From positions 1 to 54,769 of the IMG/VR virus record IMGVR_UViG_3300048672_000251: a stretch of 54,769 nt of DNA. One strand, given 5' to 3'. The notes below the pieces were generated by a model that was not told the origin of the DNA, ran no database searches, and saw only the letters and a program-made list of their open reading frames with translations. Position 1 is the stretch's first letter, and the number at the start of each line of letters is the position of its first letter. This DNA comes from a virus. Its lineage: Duplodnaviria; Caudoviricetes. This document shows positions 16,665 through 27,007 of this stretch, piece after piece. A program made the position numbers and the translations under genes.

Positions 16665-19246
16665 GGGTCTAAGTCTCCGTCATAATAGGCGCTGTCATAG
16701 TTGATAAATGAGACCGACACTTTATCGTATTGCGTTGGTACAACATCCACGACGGTCATTGCCATTGCTGTACGCATATCGTCGTTGCCTATAACGTAAG
16801 GCGTGCGGTCAGCATCCCGGCCAGTTTGCGGCGCTTCAGTTAAAGCACCACTGATTATAACCTGATTGGGCGCTGGTTGCGATAGTATCTGCCGCGTCTG
16901 TGCCATACCATCAGACATGGTAAGCGATATGGCATAATCCGTTGGTGTGGCTAACGTGACCGGCTGGCTTAAAGTCAGTATTAAGCCGTCAACCGCTTTA
17001 ATCTCACCGTCGTACACAGCTGCACGCGTGTTATCCACAACATCAACGCGCATACCGGGCGCTATTAGCCGACCAATTGCTGTAAGGTCGCACTTATGCT
17101 GTACGCGGGCGCCAAGCAGCTTTGCGTATTCCCGACGCGCCCTGATATTAGCGCCCTGCTTCGTAATGCAGCCTGATAATTCTATCTGCAGTGGGTTCAC
17201 ATCCGATCCGAGCTTGACAACATCAAAGCTGCGTTCAGATGCGTTGTAATAGGTCAGCTCAACGCCTGTCTTGTCATCACGGTTGCCGTATGTCCGCACC
17301 CGCTCGTCGCTGCCAGGGTGTTTGTGGCGGTGGCCGATTGACATTGCGCTGGTAGCCTGTGGCCGCTCAAAATAAAATTGCAGCACCGATCCGACCCGAT
17401 ATGGTCTGACGTTGACCGCATCGCAAATCATCCTGATAGCATCCTCAGCGGTAATGTTATCTGAGTCAAACGTGTAGCCGACGCGCAGCGGATTATCGCT
17501 GCCGTAATAACTGATCATCTGAGTTTGCAGCGCGAAAAGCTGCGCCCAGTCTACCTCGTCATCCCGCATGCGACCGAATAGCGGATCACGGCAAATGCTG
17601 GCCAACACCGGCGCAAATAAAACGGCTGGTTCTGTCTCGCTGGTGCCGAATGTACCACCGCTGTACGGGGCCACACGCCGCGTGACGTCACAGTTAAGTT
17701 TGCGCTCTTTTACCCGCAGTGCTGATTCAGTGGCGCGGATCTGCGCGTGAATTGTCGTTGCATAGCTGGTATCAATGCTGTTAACGGTGTTCACCAGATA
17801 CAGGTCGCGCCATTGAATTTCGTCAACCACAGTGCCCGCGAATACTGTGTCGGTGTTGCCGGTACGCTTAACGAGGATTTCAGCGTTATCGTATGGTACG
17901 GCGATATCCACAGTAATACCGGTCGACAGCTTAGGGTCGGCAACGTTTGCCGGTACGGTGTACATAGTTTCCGTAACTAAACCAGTCGGCGCGCCGGTTT
18001 CTGTGGTCTGGCGGATGGTCACTGAAAACATCGCATCGATACTTGGCGTCACCGTGTCGCCGTTGTCCTTAAACAAACCGTTGCGGGCAACCACGTTGAG
18101 CCATACACGGGCGTAACCGCTGATATCAATTGGCCCAACGCTATTGCCGGATACACCCACGCCGTCAATACTTGGCGCGTATGTGACTTGATATGCCACA
18201 GCGCCAGGGTTGGACGTGTACCAGATGTTCTGGTCGGCTAAGTCGTTCCAAACGACGCTGCGCATGGGCTGCGGGCCGCTTAAAGTAGCAAAAGCCGCTG
18301 ACCATTCCGGCGTGGTGTCGATGGTGATTGTAGATGCTGTAACAGCAGAAACAGTGTACTGTCCGCCGATTGGAAACTGTAAGCTACCGCCGCCGTCCGC
18401 TACCTCACGGTATGTAAAGAAGTCGGCAAAGGTAACAGAGCCGCCTACTGTTAAAAACGTCGTAAAGTCCACAGTAGAGCCAGTAACACTGACCACGCCA
18501 GCAGATGTGGCAGTGATGGACAGCGACGTTGTGCCAAGACCGCCAGCGTTAGGCGCTTTGAGTATCACGCCGTCGACTTCATTACTCTGAACGACGGTGT
18601 ATAGCGATTCTTCAGGAATAAAGCCGACACTCTGATACGGTGCGCCAGAAAGCGGGCTGGTGCCGGGGCCATATACAGCAGCGCCAGCGCCTTGAATTTT
18701 TGACAGCAGCGTATCGCCATCACGGATATTTTCAACCTGTACATAGCCTTCAGAGATCTGACCGTAGATGTACTCGATTTCCGTACCCTGCACAAATTTA
18801 CGATACGGCAGCTGCAATAAATCCACATACGCGCCAGCCACATAACCGCGGATATCCGCCGCCCGTTCATTGACGCGGGCAGTGTTTGACCGATTGCTGA
18901 GCGAGTTGTTAGGTGACTGCTGGTTGCGGTTGGCGTTTGTCGGTGCTGCGATCTTTGGGATGCTTGTTAGCGCAACGACCGATACGACGACCGCAATAAC
19001 CACAAGTGCGGCAGTGAGCGGATCACCAGGGGCCACTGTGATATCGTAAACGGCGTCATCAGTGCTAAACGCGACCGATTGGTCGACCAACAGTGTGGCA
19101 GTGATATCAACGCCGTTACGCGCAATGCGCATTCCACCGGGTACACCGGCGCCGTCAGGGTAGCGTGCGACCAGCTCAGCAGCAAGGGTATCAGCTGTGC
19201 GCTGCTCATAACTGTCATCGGCATACCAGTAATTTATCTTAACCAT
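16661..19246 (-). CDS. Central tail tip / host specificity protein (TipJ family)
   Basis: SPNNSLSNRSNTARVNER..DIRG, ERKLNC.VTR, GVELTY and C-terminal INYDSAYYDGD; follows NlpC. Confidence 0.85.
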   Translation of the reverse strand: MVKINYWYADDSYEQRTADTLAAELVARYPDGAGVPGGMRIARNGVDITATLLVDQSVAFSTDDAVYDITVAPGDPLTAALVVIAVVVSVVALTSIPKIAAPTNANRNQQSPNNSLSNRSNTARVNERAADIRGYVAGAYVDLLQLPYRKFVQGTEIEYIYGQISEGYVQVENIRDGDTLLSKIQGAGAAVYGPGTSPLSGAPYQSVGFIPEESLYTVVQSNEVDGVILKAPNAGGLGTTSLSITATSAGVVSVTGSTVDFTTFLTVGGSVTFADFFTYREVADGGGSLQFPIGGQYTVSAVTASTITIDTTPEWSAAFATLSGPQPMRSVVWNDLADQNIWYTSNPGAVAYQVTYAPSIDGVGVSGNSVGPIDISGYARVWLNVVARNGLFKDNGDTVTPSIDAMFSVTIRQTTETGAPTGLVTETMYTVPANVADPKLSTGITVDIAVPYDNAEILVKRTGNTDTVFAGTVVDEIQWRDLYLVNTVNSIDTSYATTIHAQIRATESALRVKERKLNCDVTRRVAPYSGGTFGTSETEPAVLFAPVLASICRDPLFGRMRDDEVDWAQLFALQTQMISYYGSDNPLRVGYTFDSDNITAEDAIRMICDAVNVRPYRVGSVLQFYFERPQATSAMSIGHRHKHPGSDERVRTYGNRDDKTGVELTYYNASERSFDVVKLGSDVNPLQIELSGCITKQGANIRARREYAKLLGARVQHKCDLTAIGRLIAPGMRVDVVDNTRAAVYDGEIKAVDGLILTLSQPVTLATPTDYAISLTMSDGMAQTRQILSQPAPNQVIISGALTEAPQTGRDADRTPYVIGNDDMRTAMAMTVVDVVPTQYDKVSVSFINYDSAYYDGDLDP

Positions 19247-19562
19247 TGAGTGCCCAGTATGTTAAGTCAGCGCCGCGGCGCATTAACGGCAGTGGTGTGC
19301 GGATCACCTGCCCGATACGGTGATTATGCACCATCATACCGTCATCATAAACCCCGACATGAAATGAACCGTGCCCGCGGTACTTCACCAGCACAAGGCA
19401 GTCTTGCGCCGGCTCCGCGATAGCGTGGAAATGCTGCCGCATCCACCGGATAAAACGATAACCCCAAGCACTCGGAGCGCCGGCCGGCATTTGCAGCCCC
19501 CGTGCAGCGTAATACTCCGCCACAAAGTGCGAGCAGTTATATGTTTCCAGATCGTAAGTCAT
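19239..19562 (-). CDS. NlpC/P60-like tail tip assembly protein
   Basis: YNCSHFV...HVGVY...H catalytic pattern. Confidence 0.85.
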   Translation of the reverse strand: MTYDLETYNCSHFVAEYYAARGLQMPAGAPSAWGYRFIRWMRQHFHAIAEPAQDCLVLVKYRGHGSFHVGVYDDGMMVHNHRIGQVIRTPLPLMRRGADLTYWALNG

Positions 19563-20071
19563 CGAGTAAACCCGCGTATCATTGGAAACCGCTGAACCGT
19601 CATGCGCCGCCCGGTGCCCGTTGAGTTAACGTTACGCGGCGTGGCTGTGACTTTAAACCCGTCAGGTGTGAATACGCTATCAGTGACCTGTAGTCTGTAC
19701 GGGCCATCCGCCAGCGCTGAGACCTCACCGCCGTTATACACAAACGATCTTATTTCAATCTGTGGGCGCTCAGTGCTGTTGATGGGGATTAAATCAACGA
19801 GTGGCGCAATTATCGTGTTCAAGTCCTGAAACACGATGCTAAACCGCTGGCTTAAATTACCCTCTTGTGATGCACGGGTAAGTTTTATCGGTAGGTAAAT
19901 GAATTCCACAACCTCGCTGGTTTCGAGCTCGGCGGTAAACCCCGGGTGAATGCTGGCAGTAAAATGCTGTGTGGCAGGCCAAGCACTGTGCGACACGCTG
20001 ATACCCTCAAGCTCAACGCGGCCACGTACTGCCGATACTAAAATTCGTTTAAGGTCCGTTGAGATAGTCAT
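19559..20071 (-). CDS. DUF1833-like minor tail protein
   Basis: ISVSHSAW, GPYRLQV, TG.RMTVQRFPMIRG; synteny. Confidence 0.75.
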   Translation of the reverse strand: MTISTDLKRILVSAVRGRVELEGISVSHSAWPATQHFTASIHPGFTAELETSEVVEFIYLPIKLTRASQEGNLSQRFSIVFQDLNTIIAPLVDLIPINSTERPQIEIRSFVYNGGEVSALADGPYRLQVTDSVFTPDGFKVTATPRNVNSTGTGRRMTVQRFPMIRGFTR

Positions 20072-20459
20072 CTAACGCCGCCGCTCCCGCATCAAAACCC
20101 GCGCCGAAATAAGCGCCTATACTGGCTAATTGTACCATGTTACAGTAATCAATGGGTGCGTCATATTCTAACCGCATGCTGACCGTCGCGCTGACCCCGT
20201 TTGACTGTGAGTACGCCGGCTGACCGATGATTTGTACAGTGTCGCTGCCGACCTGAAACGGTATTGAACCGTCTTGGATCGTGTCGCGGTAAAACGCCAA
20301 CCATGTGGAAACCTCAGCCGGCGACAGCAACTTTATCTGCACGTCACGATACGACGGATTGCTTAACGTATCCGGTCGGTTGCGCCCAGCCACGCGCCAA
20401 GCGCCCCAAGGCAGCGTTTCGCGGTATCCGGTTTCAATCTCAAACGGTAATAGGGCCAC
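20049..20459 (-). CDS. Distal-tail-like minor tail protein (copy 2)
   Basis: W.AFYR..I.DGS.PF core; located after the TMP. Confidence 0.6.
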   Translation of the reverse strand: MALLPFEIETGYRETLPWGAWRVAGRNRPDTLSNPSYRDVQIKLLSPAEVSTWLAFYRDTIQDGSIPFQVGSDTVQIIGQPAYSQSNGVSATVSMRLEYDAPIDYCNMVQLASIGAYFGAGFDAGAAALDDYLNGP

Positions 20460-20808
20460 TTAGCACCTCAAACTTAGCGGAAAGTACCCCGCGAAACCCA
20501 TAGCTTACAATCACTGGCGGCGCTGAAAACTGCACGGTGTATAACTGCAGCGGTCCGCCGTTTACCGATAGTTTTGCGGTAAATGATGCGCCACCCTCAA
20601 GCGCAACAACCCGATACCAGGCTTTAAACCACTCAATTTGCCAACAGTCCTGCAGCAAGTAATCAGCCGGTACAATTGCCAGCGGCGATACTTGATTGCG
20701 GATCTGCCGGCTGACGCCACCGGCGAGTTTTAATTCATACACTGCGCGCGGCAAATCCGGTGTATGGCCGGTTTTCAGCGGAACCATGTACTCACCACCA
20801 TACATCAT
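20440..20808 (-). CDS. Distal-tail-like minor tail protein (copy 1)
   Basis: LAGG.SRQ, F.AWYR....EGG.SF and Y.VQF..PP; directly after the TMP. Confidence 0.65.
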   Translation of the reverse strand: MMYGGEYMVPLKTGHTPDLPRAVYELKLAGGVSRQIRNQVSPLAIVPADYLLQDCWQIEWFKAWYRVVALEGGASFTAKLSVNGGPLQLYTVQFSAPPVIVSYGFRGVLSAKFEVLSGPITV

Positions 20809-23756
20809 CAGCGACGCTCCAATCTGTATGCGTTGTTCATTGAGCGGTTGAATTTGCTGTATGAGTCTGTCGCTTGCTCAGCCATCACACCCGGTACGCG
20901 CTCGTTAATGCGCCGGTCAATTGTGGCTATCAGCTCACCGTCTGGACCTTCAGCCACAGTCACGTCTGCCACATCTGCAGCGTTGTTGTTAATCGTAACG
21001 CGCATACCGCTTGAGCCGGACTGTGTGCCGCCATAAGTACCGCGGCGCATGGCGTCAAGCTCGTTACGATACTGGTCGGTGCGTTGCGCCGGCATGACGT
21101 ACTCACCGTTGCTGAGCATAGCCGGGATGCTATCACTGCGCCCGGTACCCGGTCCTGACACATAGCCGCCATCTGCGAAATTAGCAGGCGCTTTCAGCGA
21201 CGTCAGCAGCCCAGCGCCAGCCGTGGCAATCGCTGCGTAGTTGGCTATTTTCTGTGGCAGTGTTACAGCCGTTGGATCTGCCAGCGCTTGTGCCTGTGCT
21301 TGCGCCAGTTTAGCGATACTGTCAGCCAATGCAAATGCGCGGGATGCCGCAAACACTGCACGGTATGCTTTGGATGACTTGCCGCCGCCAGCTTCAATAA
21401 TACCGGCAAGCGCATCAAGGCCCTGTGCCGCCGCTTGCCGCATCGCCGAGTTGCTGGCAGATTGTGCGGCAGCGCGTTTGGTGGCCAGCTCTTTATCGAG
21501 GTTGACCACACGTTGGTTGTATTCTTCCTGCCCGATCAATTCTTCATAATAGGCGTTAAACAGCAGGTCTTTGCGTTCCTGTATTTCACGCTCTAACTTT
21601 TGTGCCGGGGTTTCTTCAGCATTGCCGAACTCGCGTACAGCGTTTGCCTCTGTGATAGCCCGCTCAGCTTCCTGCTGTGCGTACAGCGATTGTGTGAGGG
21701 CTTCCACAGCTGCGCGTTGTTCGGCGGTTGCCCCGGCTGACAGCCGCGCTAAGTTTGCGTTAACCTGCGCTTGGAGTCCTACTTCTTTCTCAGCAGCGAC
21801 TTGCCGGCCAAGGCTCAGGATATATTTATCAGCCTCTGCCCGCTGCTGCTCGACAACCGCCTGTGCTGCAAGGTCGGTGTACGCTTTGATCTGCGCTTCA
21901 GTCAGCTTCACGCCTTCTTTGGTGGATTTGTTTAACAGCTCCTGACGGGCTTGTAATCTGGCTTGTTCGACTTCGGTCAGCCCGATCAGTGCTATCTGCT
22001 GCTCAAGTTTTAATTTCAGTTCGTCGTAAAACTTAAGGGTTTCGTCAGCTTCCGGGGGCTTAAGCCATTTGTCTGCATCTGGCGCACGGGATTGGAACAG
22101 TGCGTCTAGTTGTTTTTTCGTGGACTCAAGCGCAAGTTTAAGATCGTTAACCCTTGCTTGCGCTGCAGCCAGCTCAGCACTAGCTGTAACGTCGCCGCCC
22201 ACAAAGCTCTGACCGCGTGATGAGTTTGCATCATCTGCTTTGCGCTTCGCTTCTTCAAGCAAGCGGTTAGACTCAATTAACTGATCGTTAAGACTTATCT
22301 GCTGCTTAGTCAGATCCTCAACAAACCCACGCTGTCTGAGTCGCCCCATCTCGCCATAGTTTTTAACAAGGCGCTCAAGTTCGTCGTTTACTTTACTGTC
22401 GCGGGTTTTCTGGCCGGCCTCTGCGGCGCTATCCGCAAAATACAGCAGTGCAGAGCCTGCCAGTATCGCCACGCCTGCTGGTCCGCCGAGCAGTGCCATA
22501 GCTGCGGATAACCCACGTGTAGCTGTTGCCAGTGCGCCAGTAGCGGCTGCGGCTGTGTTGGCAGCAGTTAACCGGGCGTTTGCGACGTTAAGGGTTTCAG
22601 TTGTACGGGCTGCGGCGGCGGTAGCCACTGCCACACTACCCTGCGCCCGAGTCTGTGCGTTCAGCACTGGGATCAGCCGAGCAATGGATTCTGTTTCTAA
22701 CGCTGTGGCACGGGTGTTTTGTGTGGCTGCAATGGTCGCCGCCAGCTTTTCGCGCTTGGCCGCCAGTGCTTGCATCGCTGCAATTTTTTCAACTTCTGCA
22801 CGCCGCACCGCAGCGCCGGCCGCTAACTGTTCAGCCTTAATACTTTCCAGTGTGGCAGCGTTTGCGGCAACTGTGGCGGCTTGTTTAGCGATCAGCTGAC
22901 CGACTAACCGTGAGGCGTATATGGCCGCCAGCGCGGTCGCAGCGTCTGCCGCAGTGTCCAAGTTTTCAGCCAGTGTTACCAGTGTGGCGCCAGCGGCAGC
23001 AGAGGCTTTACGGATATTATCGGACGTGCCGACCCATTCCGTGGAAAGGTTGCGGGCAACGGTAAGCTGCTGATCGAATGTGGTCGCTGTGCGGGCAAAC
23101 TCGCGGTCTATGGTAGCCGCGTAACCCTCAATCGACTTGATCAGGATGTCGGCAGTAATGCCACCCTGTGCGGCGAATTCGCGCAGCTGACCGATAGTTT
23201 TACCGGTCTCTTGCGATACGGCACGCAGAATAACCGGTGCTTGTTCAGCCACGGAGTTGAATTCGTCACCACGCAACGTGCCCGACGCGAGACCCTGTGC
23301 AAGTTGGATCATAGCGTTACTGGCTTCAGTCACCGTAGCGCCACTAGACACGAAACCCTTGTTAATGAGGTCGGTAATGCGCAACACCCGGTCCTGACTG
23401 ATGCCGAGTTCATCCGTGGCGCGTTTTAATTTACCGTACAGTGCGGCGGTTGCTTCAAAGCTACTGCGGGATTGGTTGGCCACACGTAACAGCTCGCCGG
23501 TGCGTTGCGTCAGCTCCTGAGTGCTGCTGACAACGTTAACGATACTGTTCTGGATTTTAGTGTAACTGTCCGACAGTTTAACGAGCTGGCTGATACCAGC
23601 CCCTGTCGCAATTGTGGCAATGGCAGCACCGAGCGCACGGGAAGCTGTAGCCGCCGCCGTTGCGCTCTTATCAGTTTCGTTCAGCTGTCGATTGAGTGGT
23701 CCGAGCTTACTGGCGTCGGACGTATCAATCTTTATGTCTATTGGAAACTGTGCCAT
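20808..23756 (-). CDS. Tape measure protein
   Basis: 982 aa, Ala-rich and helical; QLAQGLASGTLRGDEFNSVAEQAP; C-terminal FADGGYVSGPGTGRSDSIPAMLSNGEYV. Confidence 0.96.
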   Translation of the reverse strand: MAQFPIDIKIDTSDASKLGPLNRQLNETDKSATAAATASRALGAAIATIATGAGISQLVKLSDSYTKIQNSIVNVVSSTQELTQRTGELLRVANQSRSSFEATAALYGKLKRATDELGISQDRVLRITDLINKGFVSSGATVTEASNAMIQLAQGLASGTLRGDEFNSVAEQAPVILRAVSQETGKTIGQLREFAAQGGITADILIKSIEGYAATIDREFARTATTFDQQLTVARNLSTEWVGTSDNIRKASAAAGATLVTLAENLDTAADAATALAAIYASRLVGQLIAKQAATVAANAATLESIKAEQLAAGAAVRRAEVEKIAAMQALAAKREKLAATIAATQNTRATALETESIARLIPVLNAQTRAQGSVAVATAAAARTTETLNVANARLTAANTAAAATGALATATRGLSAAMALLGGPAGVAILAGSALLYFADSAAEAGQKTRDSKVNDELERLVKNYGEMGRLRQRGFVEDLTKQQISLNDQLIESNRLLEEAKRKADDANSSRGQSFVGGDVTASAELAAAQARVNDLKLALESTKKQLDALFQSRAPDADKWLKPPEADETLKFYDELKLKLEQQIALIGLTEVEQARLQARQELLNKSTKEGVKLTEAQIKAYTDLAAQAVVEQQRAEADKYILSLGRQVAAEKEVGLQAQVNANLARLSAGATAEQRAAVEALTQSLYAQQEAERAITEANAVREFGNAEETPAQKLEREIQERKDLLFNAYYEELIGQEEYNQRVVNLDKELATKRAAAQSASNSAMRQAAAQGLDALAGIIEAGGGKSSKAYRAVFAASRAFALADSIAKLAQAQAQALADPTAVTLPQKIANYAAIATAGAGLLTSLKAPANFADGGYVSGPGTGRSDSIPAMLSNGEYVMPAQRTDQYRNELDAMRRGTYGGTQSGSSGMRVTINNNAADVADVTVAEGPDGELIATIDRRINERVPGVMAEQATDSYSKFNRSMNNAYRLERR

Positions 23757-24033
23757 TAATTAGCGCCCCTATGATCCGTTTAAGCCTGTCGGTGCGCTCC
23801 CCATACCGCGTCGCGTACTGGTCGTATGCTGTCCACGGTATGACACCTTTTTCATTCCCGCAGCTCATTAAGTCGATATAAGCCTGCAGGTAAAACAACG
23901 CATCATCACGCAGCGTCGGGCGTTGACTGACTATCTGTGGGATTGGTCGACCGGTGGCTTTCGCCTGCTCAATAATCCAGTCAGGCGCACCAATGCCGGT
24001 ATCTTCCCACAGCAGCCAGTCTATGAGTTTTTT
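23725..24033 (-). CDS. Tail assembly chaperone GT extension (-1 frame)
   Basis: The -1 frame is open from the slippery site to 23725; IPWTA..QYA..YG motif; precedes the TMP. Confidence 0.75.
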   Translation of the reverse strand, partial: KKLIDWLLWEDTGIGAPDWIIEQAKATGRPIPQIVSQRPTLRDDALFYLQAYIDLMSCGNEKGVIPWTAYDQYATRYGERTDRLKRIIGALINGTVSNRHKD

Positions 24034-24461
24034 GTAACGACCGACTCCCAATCAAGCGCGTAGTTGGTTTGCGTAACGGCATGGTCAATAACTGCCACAG
24101 CGATGCTTGCGCCAATACCGTCGGGCAGCGTCAGTAAATCAATGCACTCGCCGGTGCTGAATGACTGTTGCTTACCGTCATCATCCAGTAGCGTCCAACC
24201 GGTAATAACCACATTAGCCAGATACTGCACGATGTCAGCCGACAGCTCCCGGCGCCATAAGCGCTTAAAGAATTCAGCACTGTCTGCCACAGCTGAATGC
24301 GTAGGATTATTGCGTAAAAACTCGGTCTGCCGCTGTAAATACTGAGTGTTGCTGGTATCAATGCTGCCGATGTGTAACGACAGTGACGGGCTGATAACGA
24401 GTGTCGACTCAGGTTTACGCGCTAAGCCGCTGAGGGCTGTTTTCAGTTTGGATAATTGCAT
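24021..24461 (-). CDS. Tail assembly chaperone (G-like)
   Basis: Between the tail tube and TMP; VITGW motif; ends in a slippery heptamer. Confidence 0.8.
   Translation of the reverse strand: MQLSKLKTALSGLARKPESTLVISPSLSLHIGSIDTSNTQYLQRQTEFLRNNPTHSAVADSAEFFKRLWRRELSADIVQYLANVVITGWTLLDDDGKQQSFSTGECIDLLTLPDGIGASIAVAVIDHAVTQTNYALDWESVVTKNS
24027..24033 (-). promoter_or_regulatory. -1 ribosomal frameshift site A-AAA-AAC
   Basis: ACA AAA AAC TCA TAG in the 0 frame; the -1 frame continues KLIDWLL. Confidence 0.85.
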
Positions 24462-24488
24462 GGTCTGCTCCGGTTGGTAACTGTGGGT

Positions 24489-24498
24489 TAGTATACCA
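24489..24498 (-). promoter_or_regulatory. Late-type extended -10 element TGGTATACTA
   Basis: The same motif occurs at 26430, 31301 and 37241, each before a structural gene. Confidence 0.6.
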
Positions 24499-24510
24499 CC
24501 GTACCACCGG

Positions 24511-24536
24511 AAATAAAAACGGCCCCGAAGGGCCGT
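24511..24536 (-). terminator. Intrinsic terminator after the tail tube gene
   Basis: ACGGCCC-TTCG-GGGCCGT followed by TTTTATTT. Confidence 0.9.
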
Positions 24537-24543
24537 CTGTCAC

Positions 24544-25983
24544 TTACGGTACGTACCAGAACAGCGAGCAGCTGAATCGGTATGACGCCGGGTCTGTGAA
24601 AGTGTTAATCGTACCGGAAATCTTAGTATTCTCGTTACGGTTTAACACTTTTGCCGGATCATCCCACGTGCCATCCGGCTGGTGGAATACCACAGTGCCC
24701 TGGCTGTTACTCAAGCCCAACGTCAGCTGTACGGTGTCGTTATTGCGTGCAGCGCGTAACACACTACCGTCAATAAACACTGCTTCAGTCGCGCTCGATA
24801 CCTGTTGGTTGCCGAAGGTGCTGAACGTTGCCGTCAAGTCACCCCATACAGCCTCTGCGCCGCCGTTGTTGTTGATGGTGATCGTTACGTCCTTGACGTA
24901 GCTTGACAGACCGGTTTCGTCCACCTTATCCACACTGACGCGGCGAGCACCTGTGGCGGCGGCCATTGAGTCGTTATTCAGTGTGCTGCCCCACGTACCT
25001 AAGCGGCGTGTGGTGCTTGGCGCTTCGACATCACCGGCACTGAACGTTACGTCAGCAGTCGCTTTCGCAGTTACTGGCAGATTCAGTACGATTTGGTTAG
25101 CCTGTGCGCGGCGAGCATATTCGTACTCTGGCGTTACGCTGTTGTGGCGCAGCTCCATTGTCATTACAGGCTGACGGAAAGCCGGATCAGTCACAGGTAC
25201 TGTCTTGGCTAACTGCGCCTGGTAGATGCTGATGGTTTTGCCGGTGCCAACTTCGGCGATCAGTTGACTATTGCTCAATGTCAGTTTTTTAGCAGCAACG
25301 CCGGTAATGCGTGCCAATGTGGAAGCGCCGGTAGTCTGTGCAGTAAATCCGCGTACATCAATCCACTGATTGACTAAGTAGCCCTGAGCAACAAAGTCAG
25401 CCGCTGTACAGGTCAAGTCGCCGTTGGCATCTAACACCACATCGCCCACCGCATACTCAATACCCGCGATATGCAGCTGTGCGGTGCTTGGCGGTGATGC
25501 CTCGGCCACCAAACCACTTACAGTAACGCTAGTTGCTGTTGGCGTGCCTGACACGACTTTACGGCCGTTGTTCGCAGCTGTGGCGAAACCTGACGCAAAT
25601 ACAATGGTGCCGACCGGGACTACAGTACCTGAAGCCACCGTATAGCCGGTACTGGTCACTGCTGACAGCGTGAATTTACGGGCAGCTAAACCAGTCCACG
25701 TGGTGAACAGGAAGTCGTCCATAAAGTAATCAATGAAATCAATCGTCAAGTCGTGGCTAAAGCCCGGCGCTGCTTCAAGCGCTGTTACAACTGGCTTACC
25801 GCCGCCACGGTTCTGGCTGATTGGGTCGCGTGCTTCTTTCGTCAGTGTTGCGTCGAAGCTGGAAATTTCGTTAGGTTCCCAGTATTTCCACGCGGTGCTG
25901 CCTACTGGATCACAAACTTTAGCAGTCGATAACGACGTGGCGTTGGTCTGTGCGGCGACGGGTGCATTACAATTAACTGCCAT
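24544..25983 (-). CDS. Major tail tube protein
   Basis: 479 aa; EPNEISSF, ARDPI..NR...K..VT.L.A, SGFA.AANNG; lies between terminator and chaperone genes. Confidence 0.85.
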   Translation of the reverse strand: MAVNCNAPVAAQTNATSLSTAKVCDPVGSTAWKYWEPNEISSFDATLTKEARDPISQNRGGGKPVVTALEAAPGFSHDLTIDFIDYFMDDFLFTTWTGLAARKFTLSAVTSTGYTVASGTVVPVGTIVFASGFATAANNGRKVVSGTPTATSVTVSGLVAEASPPSTAQLHIAGIEYAVGDVVLDANGDLTCTAADFVAQGYLVNQWIDVRGFTAQTTGASTLARITGVAAKKLTLSNSQLIAEVGTGKTISIYQAQLAKTVPVTDPAFRQPVMTMELRHNSVTPEYEYARRAQANQIVLNLPVTAKATADVTFSAGDVEAPSTTRRLGTWGSTLNNDSMAAATGARRVSVDKVDETGLSSYVKDVTITINNNGGAEAVWGDLTATFSTFGNQQVSSATEAVFIDGSVLRAARNNDTVQLTLGLSNSQGTVVFHQPDGTWDDPAKVLNRNENTKISGTINTFTDPASYRFSCSLFWYVP

Positions 25984-25996
25984 GATTTGGCCCTCG

Positions 25997-26413
25997 TTAT
26001 CTGACTGTTTCCAGTCGGTAGGTTATTACACAATTTGTCACGTAAGCAGCAGTACCGTCGCGCCCCGTTGTGCGTACTGCCACATTGTCGTAATACAGCG
26101 GTGCGTCGGCGTTACGCCCTTCAAACAGCGCCTGGATCTGCTCGGCGTACCGGATGCCGGTAATGTCTTCGCCTTTCTGGATAGGCGTATGGACTGCGGC
26201 AAACACCACACCGCCATACTCACGGCGGCGGCATACGTCATCGCTGCCAAGTGTGGTTATCTCAGCAGTTGCCGGCAGCAGCGATAAGACGATACGCGGC
26301 TGCGATACCTGCTGCTCAAGCGGCACGTTGCTGCTGGTAAATACCCGCCCCGGCAGGATATTAGCAGCCGTGATCCGGTTATAAACGACGTTTAAAATAT
26401 CTGATTGCAGCAT
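25997..26413 (-). CDS. Tail terminator-like protein
   Basis: G.V...VHTP..KG and A.QI.ALFEG motifs; synteny. Confidence 0.7.
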   Translation of the reverse strand: MLQSDILNVVYNRITAANILPGRVFTSSNVPLEQQVSQPRIVLSLLPATAEITTLGSDDVCRRREYGGVVFAAVHTPIQKGEDITGIRYAEQIQALFEGRNADAPLYYDNVAVRTTGRDGTAAYVTNCVITYRLETVR

Positions 26414-26429
26414 GGCGCACCTCTGCGGC

Positions 26430-26439
26430 TAGTATAGCA
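26430..26439 (-). promoter_or_regulatory. Late-type extended -10 element TGCTATACTA
   Basis: Motif family member upstream of 26413. Confidence 0.6.
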
Positions 26440-26475
26440 CTGTGGGTGGTTTTGGTGAATAGTTTAAAATAGTGG

Positions 26476-26504
26476 TTGACAGCAGTGTGTGGTGCGGCTA
26501 GAGT
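26476..26504 (+). promoter_or_regulatory. Sigma70 promoter of an antisense accessory cassette
   Basis: TTGACA-17-TAGAGT. Confidence 0.7.
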
Positions 26505-26534
26505 TAGCGTACTGACACACAACGGAGCGACAGT

Positions 26535-26993
26535 ATGAAAACTCAGTACAAAGTGGTATGTAGCTACTACACCGCAGAATTTATTCAGGTTGATGATGCT
26601 ACCAATAAAATTGGTATTGTAGCCAGAAACATGAAACTCAAGCACGTACAAACTGGCCACGATTGCCTACTGGTGGCTATGGCTGCACGTGCTTCTGGGT
26701 TCGGTGAGAATTTTGAAGGTGTCGAGGTGAAAGTTATTGACCTTATTACGCTGGAAGACATTAACTACCGCAACGCTACATTCACTATTGAAATGGTTAG
26801 AACCGAGTTAGATCGGTTAAAACCGGGCTTCACGGCGCGTACTGATGATGGTAGGGAGATATCTACAGATGGACTATCGGCATACAAAATCAAACGCATC
26901 GCCGAAGAAAGGGTTCAAGTGGAGTTACCAAATGGTGCTACGCATCATTTAACTGTACCTGAGGCCGCGTTTACTTTAGAAGTACGCTATTAA
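26535..26993 (+). CDS. Hypothetical protein (accessory cassette)
   Basis: GGAG RBS directly after the promoter. Confidence 0.7.
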   Translation: MKTQYKVVCSYYTAEFIQVDDATNKIGIVARNMKLKHVQTGHDCLLVAMAARASGFGENFEGVEVKVIDLITLEDINYRNATFTIEMVRTELDRLKPGFTARTDDGREISTDGLSAYKIKRIAEERVQVELPNGATHHLTVPEAAFTLEVRY

Positions 26994-27007
26994 CTCGGAG
27001 CCAACCA

